Origin: Sphyrna mokarran
Taxonomy: Eukaryota
Direction of reading: 5' to 3'
Length of the DNA: 64,000 nucleotides
NCBI GenBank assembly: GCA_024679065.1
Contig: JAGIQG010000016.1
Span: forward strand, 10,478,001 to 10,542,000
Made by a program: the position numbers and the translations under genes
Notes under the pieces: generated by a model
Databases searched by the model: none
What the model was told of the DNA's origin: nothing
Seen by the model: only the letters and a program-made list of their open reading frames with translations
In this document: in pieces, positions 26,641 through 39,368 of the stretch
Position numbering within the stretch: the stretch's first letter is position 1
How the letters are laid out: every line of letters begins with the position of its first letter

Positions 26641-29573
26641 TTTGTGCAGTTATTAATTTTAGTATCTTAGATACAATACAGCAATTACACTTTCTATTCA
26701 AGTTGACGTTCATGACCTATTCATGACGACATTCTTACATCGAATCACAATTTCACCTTAAATGCCAGTTTGCGATTTATTCGTTCCGTTGTTAGCAGCA
26801 TACTCCTTAAACAAAGCGACGATCTCGTTACTGAGCACTACAAAGCTATCATTTCGGCTTCTTCAATGTCTCATGGGACAACCTAAACTGGTTCATTTGT
26901 TAGATGACGGCTCAACATCTAGTAAGCTTCACAGAGTGGACATGCTATCTATAATTGAATTCAAATAAAATTGTTCCGAATTTGAGATGCGTGGTTTCAT
27001 TTTTTTTAAAGTCAATTACAATTTAACAGTAACAAAGTGTTGTACTGTTTCTCTAACATTCGATACTGGTAGACAGAGAAAGACTTTAAGTTATAACATC
27101 TTCAATAAATCAGAATGCTGAAGATACAGTCTTGTTTTAAGAATAGGTTTTCGATGTTAAAATGTTAAAGGTACTGTGTGTAAAGCATATACTGTGTATA
27201 GTGTCACGAAACACTAACTGTTTTTTATCATACATTTTTGTCGGCTTAAAATCCATATGTTGAGTGGTATATGTTTAAGCATTCCCTTCCTCAGATCTCT
27301 GTAATGAGCACATATCCCTGCAGGATTGAAATGAGAAATCAACTACGGCCCATTTTTTTTTTCTCGAAAACCTTTAAATATTTGTTAAGGAACATTACAA
27401 CGAATGCAAAGAAAATGAAATGAATATTGTGCAATAATTATCATTAAGTTTACCCGATGGGTTGAAGCATTTCAGAGTGTTGATGCCACAGCCAAAAAAG
27501 TAGCTACGGTACTGGTAAAGGCACTAATACAAAGGTGAGGAATGCCTCTTCAGTTAGTGTCTAACCAGGCACTAAACCAGTTTACCATTTGAAATAAGGT
27601 TGTGTGCTGTCTGAGATCAAATACAATTTTCATATGCTATAATACCCCAGAGTTTAGAATTGCTAAACGTTTGAATACCTAATTTGAAAGAAGTAAACCA
27701 CTCGTTTGAGCTGTGCTTGCAATATTAATGTGACAGAGGTGAAGTGCTCTGCGAAAAACGTGACTAATAACTTTGAAACAATGAAAGAAAGAAAAATATT
27801 GCACCTTTGAAAATAGGCAATAATAGAGCAGACAACTTGAAATCAGCAAAGTAGCAGTATTTCATTTCATGAAGGAATTTGTTCACGGCCTACTTTTTCT
27901 CATAAAACAGGGAATAAGAGAACAGAAACGTGGAGGTTCGATGAAAGGCGGAAGTGAATACTTCTGTGCAACACATAGGGGACACGTTATTGGTGAAACT
28001 ATGAGAGAAAAAAAATTGTTTTAGGGTTTCCTTGGGTGGGAGCCTTTGAACTGATTATCTTAGTTAATAAGTATAATCTGTGATGGCACAATTGAGTGTA
28101 GCTGAAAGAGTAGCATTTCAATTTCAGTGCAATTGCTCCAGTGGTTCATTGTATAAAATAAGTGGTTAGTTTATCTTCATTAGCAGTCAGTTGAATAATG
28201 GAGATAATTGGTATTTGCAGACGAGCTACTTGTTTAGTTCAGATCATTGTGCCTAATGTTCTGGAGTGTATTGGAAGGGAGGAGGTAGAAACATTTCAAT
28301 TGATAAGACTAACTTAAAGCTGAAGGCACCTCATTTATATTTAAAGATTATCGACAGTGTTTCAAGAATTCTGCATCAGTAGCACGATCAAGGAAAATCA
28401 ACAGATGACACATGAGATCGATCTCAAATAAACAGTTCAAAAAAAAATAATATCGTAGCTTCACGAATCAATAAATCAATGTTAATTACTTGAAATTGAC
28501 CAATGATAGGGATTTGTTTCGAAACATTGATGGAGGTAGAAATTGTCATAATGAATGCATGTTTTTTTTTCAGTGTAGAATATGTAGAATCTGGCGCAGG
28601 AAGGTGCAACATGTAATGTGACTCAATGATACACTCAGGAATAAGTGTTAATTATTACTCAGATGTGGCACATACATTGTCCAACAAACCAAAAAAGTTG
28701 GACTTATTTAAACATCTCAATCAATGCAGGGAAGTGGATAGTACATTGACAATCATTGGTTTTGTCACGGACAAAGTTAATAATGGCTTACCACACAGCG
28801 CAAAATTCTACTTTTCATGAACGCAGATTACCACAATTCTTCAGTGGATCGAAGGAAATGAATTTCACGCAGTACATCTTGTATAGGATGGTTAAGTTAT
28901 ATGAAGAAAAATACACCTATCTGCACATTCGAAAAAGAAACAACTCCCAGGCATTGCTTAAAAAAAGACGATAGCAGCGACAAAGAGATCATAGTGTACT
29001 TACGATGTGAAAGCCGTTGAGGGAAACCTAGACATAATTGAGCATCACTATACAGTAGATCGAATTCGTCGTTAATTGCTGAACGCACCCGGATATAATC
29101 CAATCTTGCAATAACTTTTTTTTTCAAAGCAGGCAACACTTACCGAAATGTGAATGATACGGATGTGATTTTTGGAGATAGCGAAAATACTTGGTTACCT
29201 CCAGATGGAAGTGATATGTTACCTTGTTTATTTAATGACACGCATGTGTCACACTTCGAAGCTAGTTTCCTTACCGAGGCATCGGAGAACTTTGAAAGAG
29301 ACTGAAAGTTTTTTTTTGGCAGAATGTTTCCTTGATATGAGTTTAAGACAGTGATGCGTAAACCTGAGCTGGAATAAGTTGCCAATGATCAATCCATTCC
29401 CATTATTCATGTCAATGAAAACAGATTTGCATTGTGCCCTGTCACATTTCGATATCAAATTGTATTAGATATTGTTTTGGCTTCTAAGGATGGAACTTGC
29501 CTTGGTTGTATCAGAGTGTTGCCATCAATACCAGATTATTCAGAGACATAACCTGTCTGGTTAACTATATTAG

Positions 29574-30648
29574 CTAATTGGATTAGGAATTGGCTGGCAG
29601 ATATAAGACAGAGGGTGGTGGTTGATGGGAAATATTCATCGTGGAGTTCGGTGACGAGTGGTGTGCCTCAGGGGTCTGTTTTGGGGCACCTGCTGTTTGT
29701 AATTTTTATAAATGATCTGGATGAGGGTATTGAGGGATGGATCAGTAAATTTGCAGATGATACTAAAGTTGGTGGTGTGGTAGATAGTGAAGAGGGGTGT
29801 TTTAGTTTACAGAGTGACTTGGACAAGTTGCAGAGCTGGGCCGAGAGGTGGCAAATGGAGTTTAATGTGGAAAAGTGTGAGGTAATGCACTTTGGCAGGA
29901 ACAATAAATGTGTAGAGTATAGGGCTAATGGTAGGGCTCTTAATAGTGTTGAGGAACAGAAGGATCTTGGTGTATGTGTCAATAGATCCCTGAAAGTAGG
30001 CAAAGTGGATAAAGTTGTTAAGAAGGCTTATGGAGTCTTAGCTTTTATTGGTAGGGGGATTGAATTTAGGAGCCGCAGCATCATGTTGCAACTGTACAAA
30101 ACTCTAGTGCGGCCGCACTTGGAGTATTGTGTGCAGTTCTGGTCGCCACATTATAAGAAAGATGTGGAGGCATTGGAGAGGGTACAGAGGAGGTTTACTA
30201 GGATGTTGCCTGGTATGGAGGGCAGGTCCTATGAAGAGAGGTTGAAGGATTTGAGGTTGTTTTCGTTAGAAAGGAGGCGGCTAAGAGGGGATCTTATTGA
30301 AGCATATAAGATGATTAGAGGTTTAGATAGGGTGGACAGTGATAGCCTTTTCCTAGGATGGAGAAAGCTAGCACGAGGGGACACAGCTTTAAATTAAGGG
30401 GTATGAGTTATAGGACGGATATCAGAGGTAGGTTCTTTACTCAAAGAGTGATTAGGGAGTGGAATGCCCTGCCTGCAGCTGTTGTAGATGCGCCAAGTTT
30501 GGTGGCGTTTAAGAGGTTAATTGATAAGTATATGGAAGAGAAGGGAATGGTTTAGTTTGGAGGGGCATTGCTTTTTATTTTGGTCGGCACAACATCGAAG
30601 GCCGAAGGGCCTGTTCTGTGCTGTATTGTTCTATGTTCTATGTTCTAT
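29574..30648 (+). mobile_element. Young 5'-truncated CR1 LINE (RT C-terminal half) inserted in ERV env
   Basis: ORFs 29615-30397 and 30358-30555: GVPQGSVLG, FADD, LEYCVQFWSP; one frameshift; (CTATGTT)n tail. Confidence 0.97.
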
Positions 30649-32619
30649 TAAGAGAGAGATGGAGACACAACCATTTGCTTGGTCCTCCGGCTGAATTGTC
30701 TTCATGGGAATATCAATCTTGCAAATGATTACATTATTTTGCATTGTGATCTAGCATTAGTGGTGATTAAATTAAGTTCACATAAGATAGAACATCAGTG
30801 ATCAGAGTCAGAGAAAGGAAGAAAGGATGCCAGAAGCCTAACCACCATTCAGGAATTAAGAATATTTACTTCAACAAATATATTTAAAGTAAACTAGTCT
30901 TGCCATAGTCAATGTCCAAAAGGGGAATAGGTTGGGGGAACTCATAGTAAGTGAGATAAGTTTAAAAAACTCAGATGTAAACCATTTATATCTCTCTCAC
31001 AATTAATTAAATGACTCAGTTCTGGCTTAGAGTCAAACAAGGGAATTGCATAAAGAGGCCATCACCACATTGAGGGTTTTTAATACGTGTGATGTTTGAA
31101 GAAGTAATTCTAATTTAAACATACATGTTAGATTTTGAAACTTATATCAACTGTGTTGCTAAAATAATTTTTCGCGTTAGCCAAAGGCAGACTGCTGCGG
31201 AATGTCATGGGGAAAACACAGATGGAGAAGACAATCCAAAGGATGTGCACGTTTACACCAGCAAACATTACGAACGGTACTTTTCCCAAATACACTTCCC
31301 ATAACGGATTACCCAAGTTACCCCGATAATACAGAACTCCTCAGACGTGAGACTGTGAGCTCTCTACTTTGGCTACTGGCATCGCTGAAAATAATGCGTA
31401 AAGTAACCTTGACTTTTGTAGCTTAACGTCTGCTATGGCTAAACGACAAGGAGTGGGATCATTGAAATTCTACAGACCAATAGACTCCCTTGATGGCAGA
31501 AGTTAGGATACATCTTGCTATTATATATGCTGGCTGTTCATAATGTTTGATTTGTACTGATGAGGATAGGTCCTTAACTACGAGATGAATAGCAAGCATA
31601 AAACTTCAATAATGCATAATTGGCCTGCGTGATGCATTGTAACTTCAAAGTGATATTGGAATATCAAATACCCAACATTCTGGAAAGTCATTGGGATGCA
31701 CGATCTAAAACGTCCCATCCATCGTTGGTCAAATAAAGGTTCCGCTTTAAATGGATAGTGGATTCTGAAGTTTTTGTGTTAGCTGAAGTTGCGCCATTAC
31801 TTAGCCTCTTGAAAAGACCCCACAATAATAAACAAACACAATCAGTTAACCGAGTACAACTGAAAAAAAATGCACCATTTCTTTGATCGTGAAAATCGCG
31901 CGTGGAAGAGTTCAAATTTCAGATCACTGATTATGAAACGTTTGCTTCCAATAGTTGGAACTTTTTGAACGTTACTGATCCATCACTTCTGTGTTTTTGT
32001 TGCACACTCATTTTCCTTTCATTCAGCTGACAGTCTCCAGTCAATGGAGTTTGAATCGCAGACACATCAACAGACGTATGAAATATATACTTGACGATAA
32101 TTTAACGCAGGTATAATCATGTAATTACGTCCAAAAGTGATTATGTTTCGAGGCCTGTCCACGTCAATGATGTTGAAAATAACAATATAGGTGATTTTTC
32201 TATCCTGTACAATCTGAAATTGCTGACAGATTCCATTGGAACTTAGCATTCATTAGTTGTTTGTTGTAATCCGTCAAAATATTCGACTAAACGAACCGAT
32301 ACATTCTGTGTTGCATTCATTTCATTTGAACGTGTCGAAAATTCCATGTTTTTTTAACTTATTTTTCGAGCTGCATTAAGTTTGTTATCTATCATTCCTA
32401 ACAGAGGTCGAGAAACTCACAAAAGGTAATGCCAAGAGCAAAATATTTTCATTATTTTGCGGAAGAGCTCACTTACCATTTCGTGAAGGAAAGTCAGAAC
32501 AATGCATATTCTCGAATGCTTTGAGTACATGTGGAGTATGGCATGAAACTTCTTTTCACTGACCAGTGTCCACGACGGCAGATTTTTTTTTTGTAGAGGA
32601 CCTTGAGAGAATAACTTAA

Positions 32620-32627
32620 ATGCAAAT
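32620..32627 (-). promoter_or_regulatory. Octamer ATTTGCAT ~90 bp upstream of the leader ATG of cassette #11
   Basis: Exact ATGCAAAT on + strand; position typical of antigen-receptor V promoters; may be chance. Confidence 0.35.
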
Positions 32628-33029
32628 TAATATGCACTGCTCAATCAAAATTCACACAATTGTTCAACTGTGTTTCAAACTTAAAAGACAGGGAGAAAAA
32701 AAAAAACACGCCCTTGCTGGCAATACATTTTATGGTGACTGAAAATTGTCTGGGACACTGAATCGGTTATATGTTAAAACATCAGTATGCATGATAAAGC
32801 TTTCCATAACTTGAGAATGGAAAAGATCATCCTTAACATCAGGAATGGAAATATTGGTGTGAGGTTGATTTTATGTTTTCTATTGCTATACAGTGAAAAG
32901 TATTTTTCTTGCGCTCTACACTGACAAACCATCATGAAGGGAGAAACGAGAGAATGCAACATGTGCTTTTACAGGCATAGTTATTCTGCGGAGAAAGGAT
33001 AACTGAATGCAAAATAGGTTTATTAAGAA

Positions 33030-33370
33030 ATCTGATGACAACAGGGTAAACACTGTACTTGAGTCTGTTGCTTCATGACCTCAGACGTCTGATTTTTCTT
33101 TTGCCAATGAAAAGGTAGAAGAGAGAAAGTCCAGTGTGCGAGTTTTCCTTCATTGTGCTAGCTGCTTTGCTGAATAGCGAGAATTGCATACAAACTCAAT
33201 GGATGGGAGGCTGCCTTGCGCGATGGATTGGGCTACATTTATGGACATTTCTTGTCGTTTGCCGTACTGAGCAGAGGAGGAACCATTCCGACCTGTGAAA
33301 CAGCCAAAAAATGTTTCCTATGGTTTATCTGTTGATATTTGGTGAGAGTGGTAACTGACATGAATATGCC
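33030..33370. mobile_element. Old LINE fragment
   Basis: Resembles common shark LINE 3' sequence; interrupts the C exon of #12. Confidence 0.5.
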
Positions 33371-33616
33371 AGTCACTCATCCTGCGTCCACTCAAAAGTT
33401 TCAAATGCTTCAGTATTATTTTGAAAATATTATTTGCACTTCCATCTCAGTTTTCTTTTCAGCCATACTTGTGCGCAACATGGTGAGGTGAAAGTAATTT
33501 TTCTTAATATGTGGTCTGGAATTTTGCTGTATTGTGAAAGGATAATGACAATGTTTGGTTTTGAAATCCCAGACAATATCTGAGGAAAAACTACTTCCAC
33601 CACGTCATATTGCCAA

Positions 33617-34565
33617 CAAAGAGCAAAGAACCAAGAACAAAACGGCACGGGAAATAGGCCCTTCCGCCCAATGAGATCGTGCCGCCACCTCGATGATCCT
33701 ACTTCTACCCGTGGTCCCTGTCCATGTTTATACATCTATGCATTGAAACCAAACTGGAGACAATTTAGGAAGGATTTGTTCTGCCAATCAGCTTAAGAGC
33801 GCATCTTTGGAATGTGGGAGGAAACCGGAGCACCCGGACAAACCCCACGCAAGCATGGGGAGAATGCACAATCTCCAACAGACTCAGCCCCAGATCCACG
33901 TATCTGCACGGCACAGCGATAGTCACTGAGCTGTCGTGTTGTCCATCAAATGTTCCAGGTCAGGTGTACACTAACGACGTGAAGCACTAGGATACTCTCG
34001 AAAAAAAAAAATCCAAGAGTAGCCCTCTCACGACCCATCGCGTGTATGCCTCTTGTTAGACAACAACGCGGGCCAAACCACCTGTAGGATAAAACAAATG
34101 CAGTAATATCATCTACTATTTTCATACTTCTCAGGAAACTTCCAAGGCTCACGATCCCTATTTTATATCAGGTTTCTATACCCCTCCAATCCCATTCTGT
34201 TCATGTGTCCATCTAAGTACCTCTTAAATAACTTCAGAGTGCCTGCCTCCACCACTTTACTTGGCAGTGCGTTCCCTACCCTCACCACCCTCTGTGTGAA
34301 AATCTCAATGTAGCATCCAAATTATACCTCACCCCCTCACCGTAAGCCCGTGACCCCTCGTGGTATTGGAGTCCATCCTAGGAACAAAGCTTAACGCTGT
34401 TTACTCTATCTATGCCCCTCATAATCTCGTATACCTCTATTAGATCTTCTCTAAGTCTACGTCTTTCTAAGGAAAACAGCCCCAATTTTCCTAACCTCTC
34501 CTTGTAACTCAGACCTTCCATAGCAGGCAGCATCCTTGTAAACCTCCTCTGCACTCTCTGCAGAG
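33617..34565 (-). mobile_element. SINE-containing CR1 subfamily (copy C)
   Basis: CR1 ORF2 C-terminus (RVQRRFTRMLP on -) at ~34200-34565, then unique UTR, V-SINE and tail. Confidence 0.92.
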
Positions 34566-35454
34566 TCCCTCACGACAAAGAAAACTAAAAGCAGCGTGTA
34601 AATAAAGTGTTTAATCTAATGCTGCGGCATGAGTATTGTATTTTTCGACATTAAATGAATGCTTGGTCTAATTTAATCGTCATTTTTTTTTTTCAGCACG
34701 AATCTCAGAATGAACTACCCGGTTCATTTAATGCTTATATCATACCATTACTCATGCGGAATTCCAACCCAGTAACTACGTAATGACGTTCGTACTGCAT
34801 GACAAGTTTATATGAGCCAGTGTGACATGGCTGGACAGCGCATTTCTGCATGAGTGGCGTTAGATGAATTTGTCTAGCTTTTCGACAACATTGAATCGTT
34901 TATTCATGACCCTCTGTCAATGGTCTGTTTTCGATGTCATCCGCTAAGAAATTCCACACATCCACACAATTAACTAAAGTTTAATGCTTTGCGTACAGAC
35001 GTCCAAGACAAAGGAGATGGTAAAGCAGCACATTTATTATTATTATCATTATTAATAATAATAATAACAATAATATCGCTTCATTGCATTTAAGGAATAT
35101 TGATGCTACATATGATGAGAGCAAATAATTAAGCGATGACGGAAAAATTCCATTGGTGCACTATTTGCAAATTGAGAATCGATATTCTACACAGTTGATT
35201 TGTAACATTTTTATGACGACCAATATTTTGCAAGTTCTATGTTTTACGTATAAGTACAACATTCACTTTTGGAAGTAACAAACTGTTGGTGCCTGAACAC
35301 ATTTGAAAGTTTAACAAAATAATACTTTGTCCAGTTTGGCATTGCATTTGAGAGTGGACAGGCAGTGAATATGGGGTAGTGAAGGAGTACATGATGTTTT
35401 TGGGATCGGACAATTTAAAAAAAACATGGAGGGGGAAGTGGGGCTCTTTCCTCC

Positions 35455-35670
35455 ATAGAAAACCTATCGTATCGAAGGAGGCCATTTCGCCCATAAATTC
35501 TGCACCAACCACACTCTAACCCAGTTAGTCCCCCGACACTACGTGACAATTTAGCATGACAAATAAACTTGACCCGCGCACCTTTGGATTGTGGGAGAAA
35601 ACTGGAGCACATGCAGATATCTCATGCAGACAGGAGGACAACTGGAAAACTCGAAACAGACAGTGATTTT
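35455..35670 (-). mobile_element. V-SINE fragment
   Basis: gacaatttagcatg..ctttggattgtgggagaaaactggagcac. Confidence 0.8.
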
Positions 35671-37104
35671 TTCCAGACGACGTCATTGAAAAGAAAGTAT
35701 ATGTGGCAGAAATCTAATCTCAGTCAGATCAAGAACGGTGAAAAATATGAGAAGACAGGCAGTCAATGCGCTAAACGTGCACAGGATATTGAACAAGATA
35801 AATGAGGTTGGTATGTACATTGAAATTGGTCAGTATGAAGTTGTGGGCATTACAGAGAAGTGGCTGCGAGATGATCAGAGCTGGGATCTAAATATTCAAA
35901 GATTTGTGGCCTGACGGAAGGACAGACAGATGGGAAAAGGCGAGAAAGTTGCATTGTTAGCAAGGATGAAATCAAATTGACTGCAAGAAGTGATGTCGGC
36001 TCAGAAGGCATAGAATTGAGGAATCACAAGGTAAACAAAAAAAAGCCTGATGGGAGATATGCAAAGGCTTACCAGTAGTAATCAGGATGTGGGGCTGTTA
36101 TAAAAAAAAACAGGAATTAGACAATGGCAAATGAACAAGGCAACAATGCAATATTCATGGGCGACTTGAATGTGCAGGTGGATTGGGAGAATCACGTTGG
36201 TAGGGAGCTGACAATTACGGATTTGATGATGTGCAATGAGGCAGACTTGATGAGGGAGCTTAAAATGAATGAACAATTAGGAAGCAATGACAATCATATG
36301 ATTGAATTTCCCCTGTAGTTTGAAAGGGACAAGTTGGAATCAGGTATGACAGCATTATAAGCAAATGCAGGAAATTACAAAGACGTTGGGGAGAGCTGTT
36401 TGGAAAGGGAGGTTAACAGGGACGCAGGGAAACAACATTGTGGGGTTTTGAGATTTATTCAGGAGGAACAAGAAAAAAAAATTCCACTGAGGAGGAAACA
36501 TGATTAGAGGAGGACGAGGCATCTACGGCTGACGAGGGAAGTCGAGGGCAGCATCAAACCAAAAGAAAAAACAACATGCAAAGTTTCAAGGATTATTTGG
36601 AAGTCAGACGATTAGCAAGCCCTTCATAGTGAGCAGAGAACAACTAAATAAGCATTGCAGGGTGGGGGTTTGGGGCAGTGAATGCAATAAGAGTGTAAGC
36701 TATCTAGTAATATAAAAGAACATAAGAAGAGTGTTTTTTCAATATAGAAAAGATATAGAAATGATAACAGAGAAACAAAAATAGCCATTGCACCACTGGA
36801 AAAAATGAGCTGGAGAAATAATGATAGGAAAAGAAGAAATGACAGAGGAACTGAATAGTTACTTTATATTAGTCTTCACCGTGGTAGACATCAATGGGAC
36901 GCCAGAGCTCCAGAAGAATCAGGGGGAAATGGCGAGTATAATGGCCATCTCTAAGGAGAACGATCTGGGGAAACTGAAAGTTCAGAAGTTTGATAAATCA
37001 CCTGGACTGGATGGGCTACAGCCAAGGTTCTAAAAGAGCTGGCTGAGGAAATTGTGGACTCATTGGTCATGATCTTTCAAGAATCACTGTCGGCAAAAAC
37101 GTTA

Positions 37105-38300
37105 TGATATGGAGATGCCGGCGTTGGATTCGGATAAACGCACTAAGAAGTCTCACAACATCAGGCTAAAGTCCTGCAGGTTTGTTTAGCAGCAAACACT
37201 CCTAGCTTTTGGAGTGCTGCTCCTTCATCATGTAAGTTCTCTTCATAAACAGGGCATATACAAATACAAACTCATTTGACAGAATAATGATGGGAATGTA
37301 CCTATTTACATTAATCAAGTCTTAAATAATTTATGGCAGAAATAATAAATGTGTAGAGTATAGGGCAAATGGTAGGATTCTTAGTAGTCTAGATGAACAG
37401 AGGGATTTTGGTGTGTATGTGCATAGATCCCTGAAAGTAGGCAGTCAGATCGAGAAGGTTGTTAGGAAGGCATATGGAGTCTTGGCTTTTATTGGTAGAG
37501 GGATTGAATTTCGGAGCCTCAACGTCATGTTGCAACTGTACAAAACTCTAGTGCGGCCGCACTTGGAGTATTGTGTGCAGTTCTGGTCCCCACATTATAA
37601 GAAAGATGTGGAGGCATTGGAGAGGGTACAGAGGAGGTTTACCAGGATGTTGCCTGGTATGGAGGGCAGGTCTTATGAGGAGAGGCTGAGGGATTTGAGG
37701 TTGTTTTCGTTAGAAAGGAGGCGGCTAAGAGGGGACCTGATCGAAACATATAAGATGATTAGAGGTTTAGATAGGGTGGACAGTGATAGCCTTTTTCCTA
37801 GGATGGAGAAAGCTAGCACGAGGGGACACAGCTTTAAATTAAGGGGTGATAGTTATAGGACGGATATCAGAGGTAGGTTCTTTACCCAAAGGGTGGTTCG
37901 GGAGTGGAATGCCCTGCCTGCAGCAGTTGTAGATGCGCCAAGTTTGGTGGCGTTTAAGAGGTTAGTTGATAAGTATATGGAAGAGAAGGGAATGGTTTAG
38001 TTTGGAGGGGCGTTGCTTTTTATATTGGTTGGCGCAACATCGAAGGCCGAAGGGCCTGTTCTGTGCTGTAATGTTCTATGTTCTATGTTCTAAATGTAAA
38101 AGCTCTGCACCTTTAAGACCTCATTAGCTGTAAAGATTCACATTCCAATCCTTATTCTGTAAATAGAGTTCGTGTCTTTATATGCACTATTTATGTACAT
38201 AACTCCCACTTAACTGACGAAGGAGATGCGTTCCAAAAGCTAGTGGTGTTTCCTACTAAATAAACCTATTGGATTTTAACCTGGTTTAGTGAAACTTCTC
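37105..38300. mobile_element. Penelope-like element (inverted arms 37105-37330 and 38095-38300)
   Basis: Same pLTR family as 21895-22925; CTGACGA core at ~38214. Confidence 0.8.
37331..38091 (+). mobile_element. Young 5'-truncated CR1, same subfamily as 29574-30648
   Basis: Open ORF 37413-38000; near-identical sequence and tail. Confidence 0.97.
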
Positions 38301-38439
38301 AGGGCAAGAAAAGTGTCAGAGGAATGGATAGTAGCGAATGCAGCATTGCTGTTTAAGAAGGGAGAGAGCAGCAATGGGAATTTACAGGCTGGTTAGCCTA
38401 ACTTTGGTCATCGACAAGAGTTTAGAAACATTATTAAAA

Positions 38440-39368
38440 TGAACATAGAACAATACAGCATAAAATAGGCCCTTCGGCTCACGAGTTGCGCCGATCACAT
38501 CTACCAATTCTCAGACCTATCTATAATCCCCTATGCTATTCTTTTCCATATACTCATCCAGAAGTCTTTTAAAAGACCCCAGTGAATTTGCCTCAACAAC
38601 CTCCGACGGCAGTCGGTTCCATTCACTCACCACCCTCTGAGTGAAAAACCTACCCCTGACAGCTCCTTTGTATTTGCTTCCCTGCACCTTAAATCTGTGT
38701 CCTCTCGTAGTGGCCATTTCAGCTCGGGGAAATAGTCTCTGAGAGTCCACCCTATCTATACCTCCCAACATTTTATAAACCTCTATCTGGTCGCCTCTCA
38801 ACCTACGTCTCTCCAGTGAGAACAGTCCCAGCTCCCTCAACCTATCTTCACAAGGCCTGCCTCCCAATCCAGGCAGCATCCTTGTAAATCTCCTCTGAAC
38901 TCTCTCAATAGCTTCTACATCCTTCCTGTAATGAGGCGCCCAGAACTGCGCACAATACTCCAAGTGGGGTCTGACAAGAGTGTTATAGAGCTGCATCACT
39001 ACCTCCTGACTCCTAAACTCTATTTCTCGATTACATCGTATGCCTTCTTGACCACTTCCTCCACCTGCGAGGCCGATTTAAGAGTCCTATGGACCCGGAT
39101 CCCGAGATCCTTCTGCTCTACAACACAGCTAAGACTTCTACCCCTTATATTGTACTCCTTCATCCCATTATTCCTACCAAAATGGACCACTACACATTTA
39201 TCCGTGTTGACGTCCATCTGCCACTTCTCTGTTCAGTCTTGCATCCTGTCTATGTCCCGCTGCAACTTTTGGCATCTCTCCAGACCATCCACAACACCAC
39301 CGACCTTTGTATCGTCGGCGAACTCACTAACCCATCCCACCACTTCCTCATCCTGGTCATTTATGAAA
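38440..39368 (-). mobile_element. Young 5'-truncated CR1 (second subfamily)
   Basis: ORFs 38517-38999 and 39020-39217; FADD at ~39315. Confidence 0.96.

Larger units (their letters stand above)
23200..31100 (+). mobile_element. Degenerate class I (gamma/epsilon-like) endogenous retrovirus, gag-pro-pol-env
   Basis: Motifs in order: gag MHR-like WK..DCRQRPDEE (~23800); RT connection DCEFAFTFIKQLLLKAPV (~25120); RNaseH-like LVHLLDDGS (~26890); integrase FTRWVEAF..ATAKKVATVLVK..GMPLQL (~27450) and GDTLLVK..FPWVGAFE (~27980); env ISD QIVLDIVLASKDGTC..ECC..IPDYSE (~29455-29545). LTRs not confidently found; ends approximate. Confidence 0.85.
22980..32530 (-). pseudogene. TCR beta/gamma-like mini-cassette relic #11, split by an ERV
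   Basis: Leader 32477-32530 (GTAAGT donor); V DVSAIQTP..QQKH..ARFSRSK..VYYCGV (31822-31830) plus nonamer ACAAAAACT; J EPLFDQR..DVL; C from 31577 with VSRLR..TW..KC; TM from 23125 DTELQA..YIII beyond the ERV. Confidence 0.7.
32774..35153 (-). pseudogene. TCR alpha/delta-like mini-cassette relic #12, split by CR1
   Basis: Leader MEFF..LFALIICS from 35153; V DVCTQSI..VVTGLEF..ALNE; C from 33579 ISKPNIVIILSQY..CCA; CP 32930-32985 NYACK; TM 32774-32885 KHKINLTPIFPFLMLRMIFSILK..A..ILMF. Confidence 0.75.

Noticed and set aside
23161-31100. Paired LTRs, PBS and PPT for the ERV
   Set aside because: Only weak similarity between the ends and a purine run at ~30917; not supportable.
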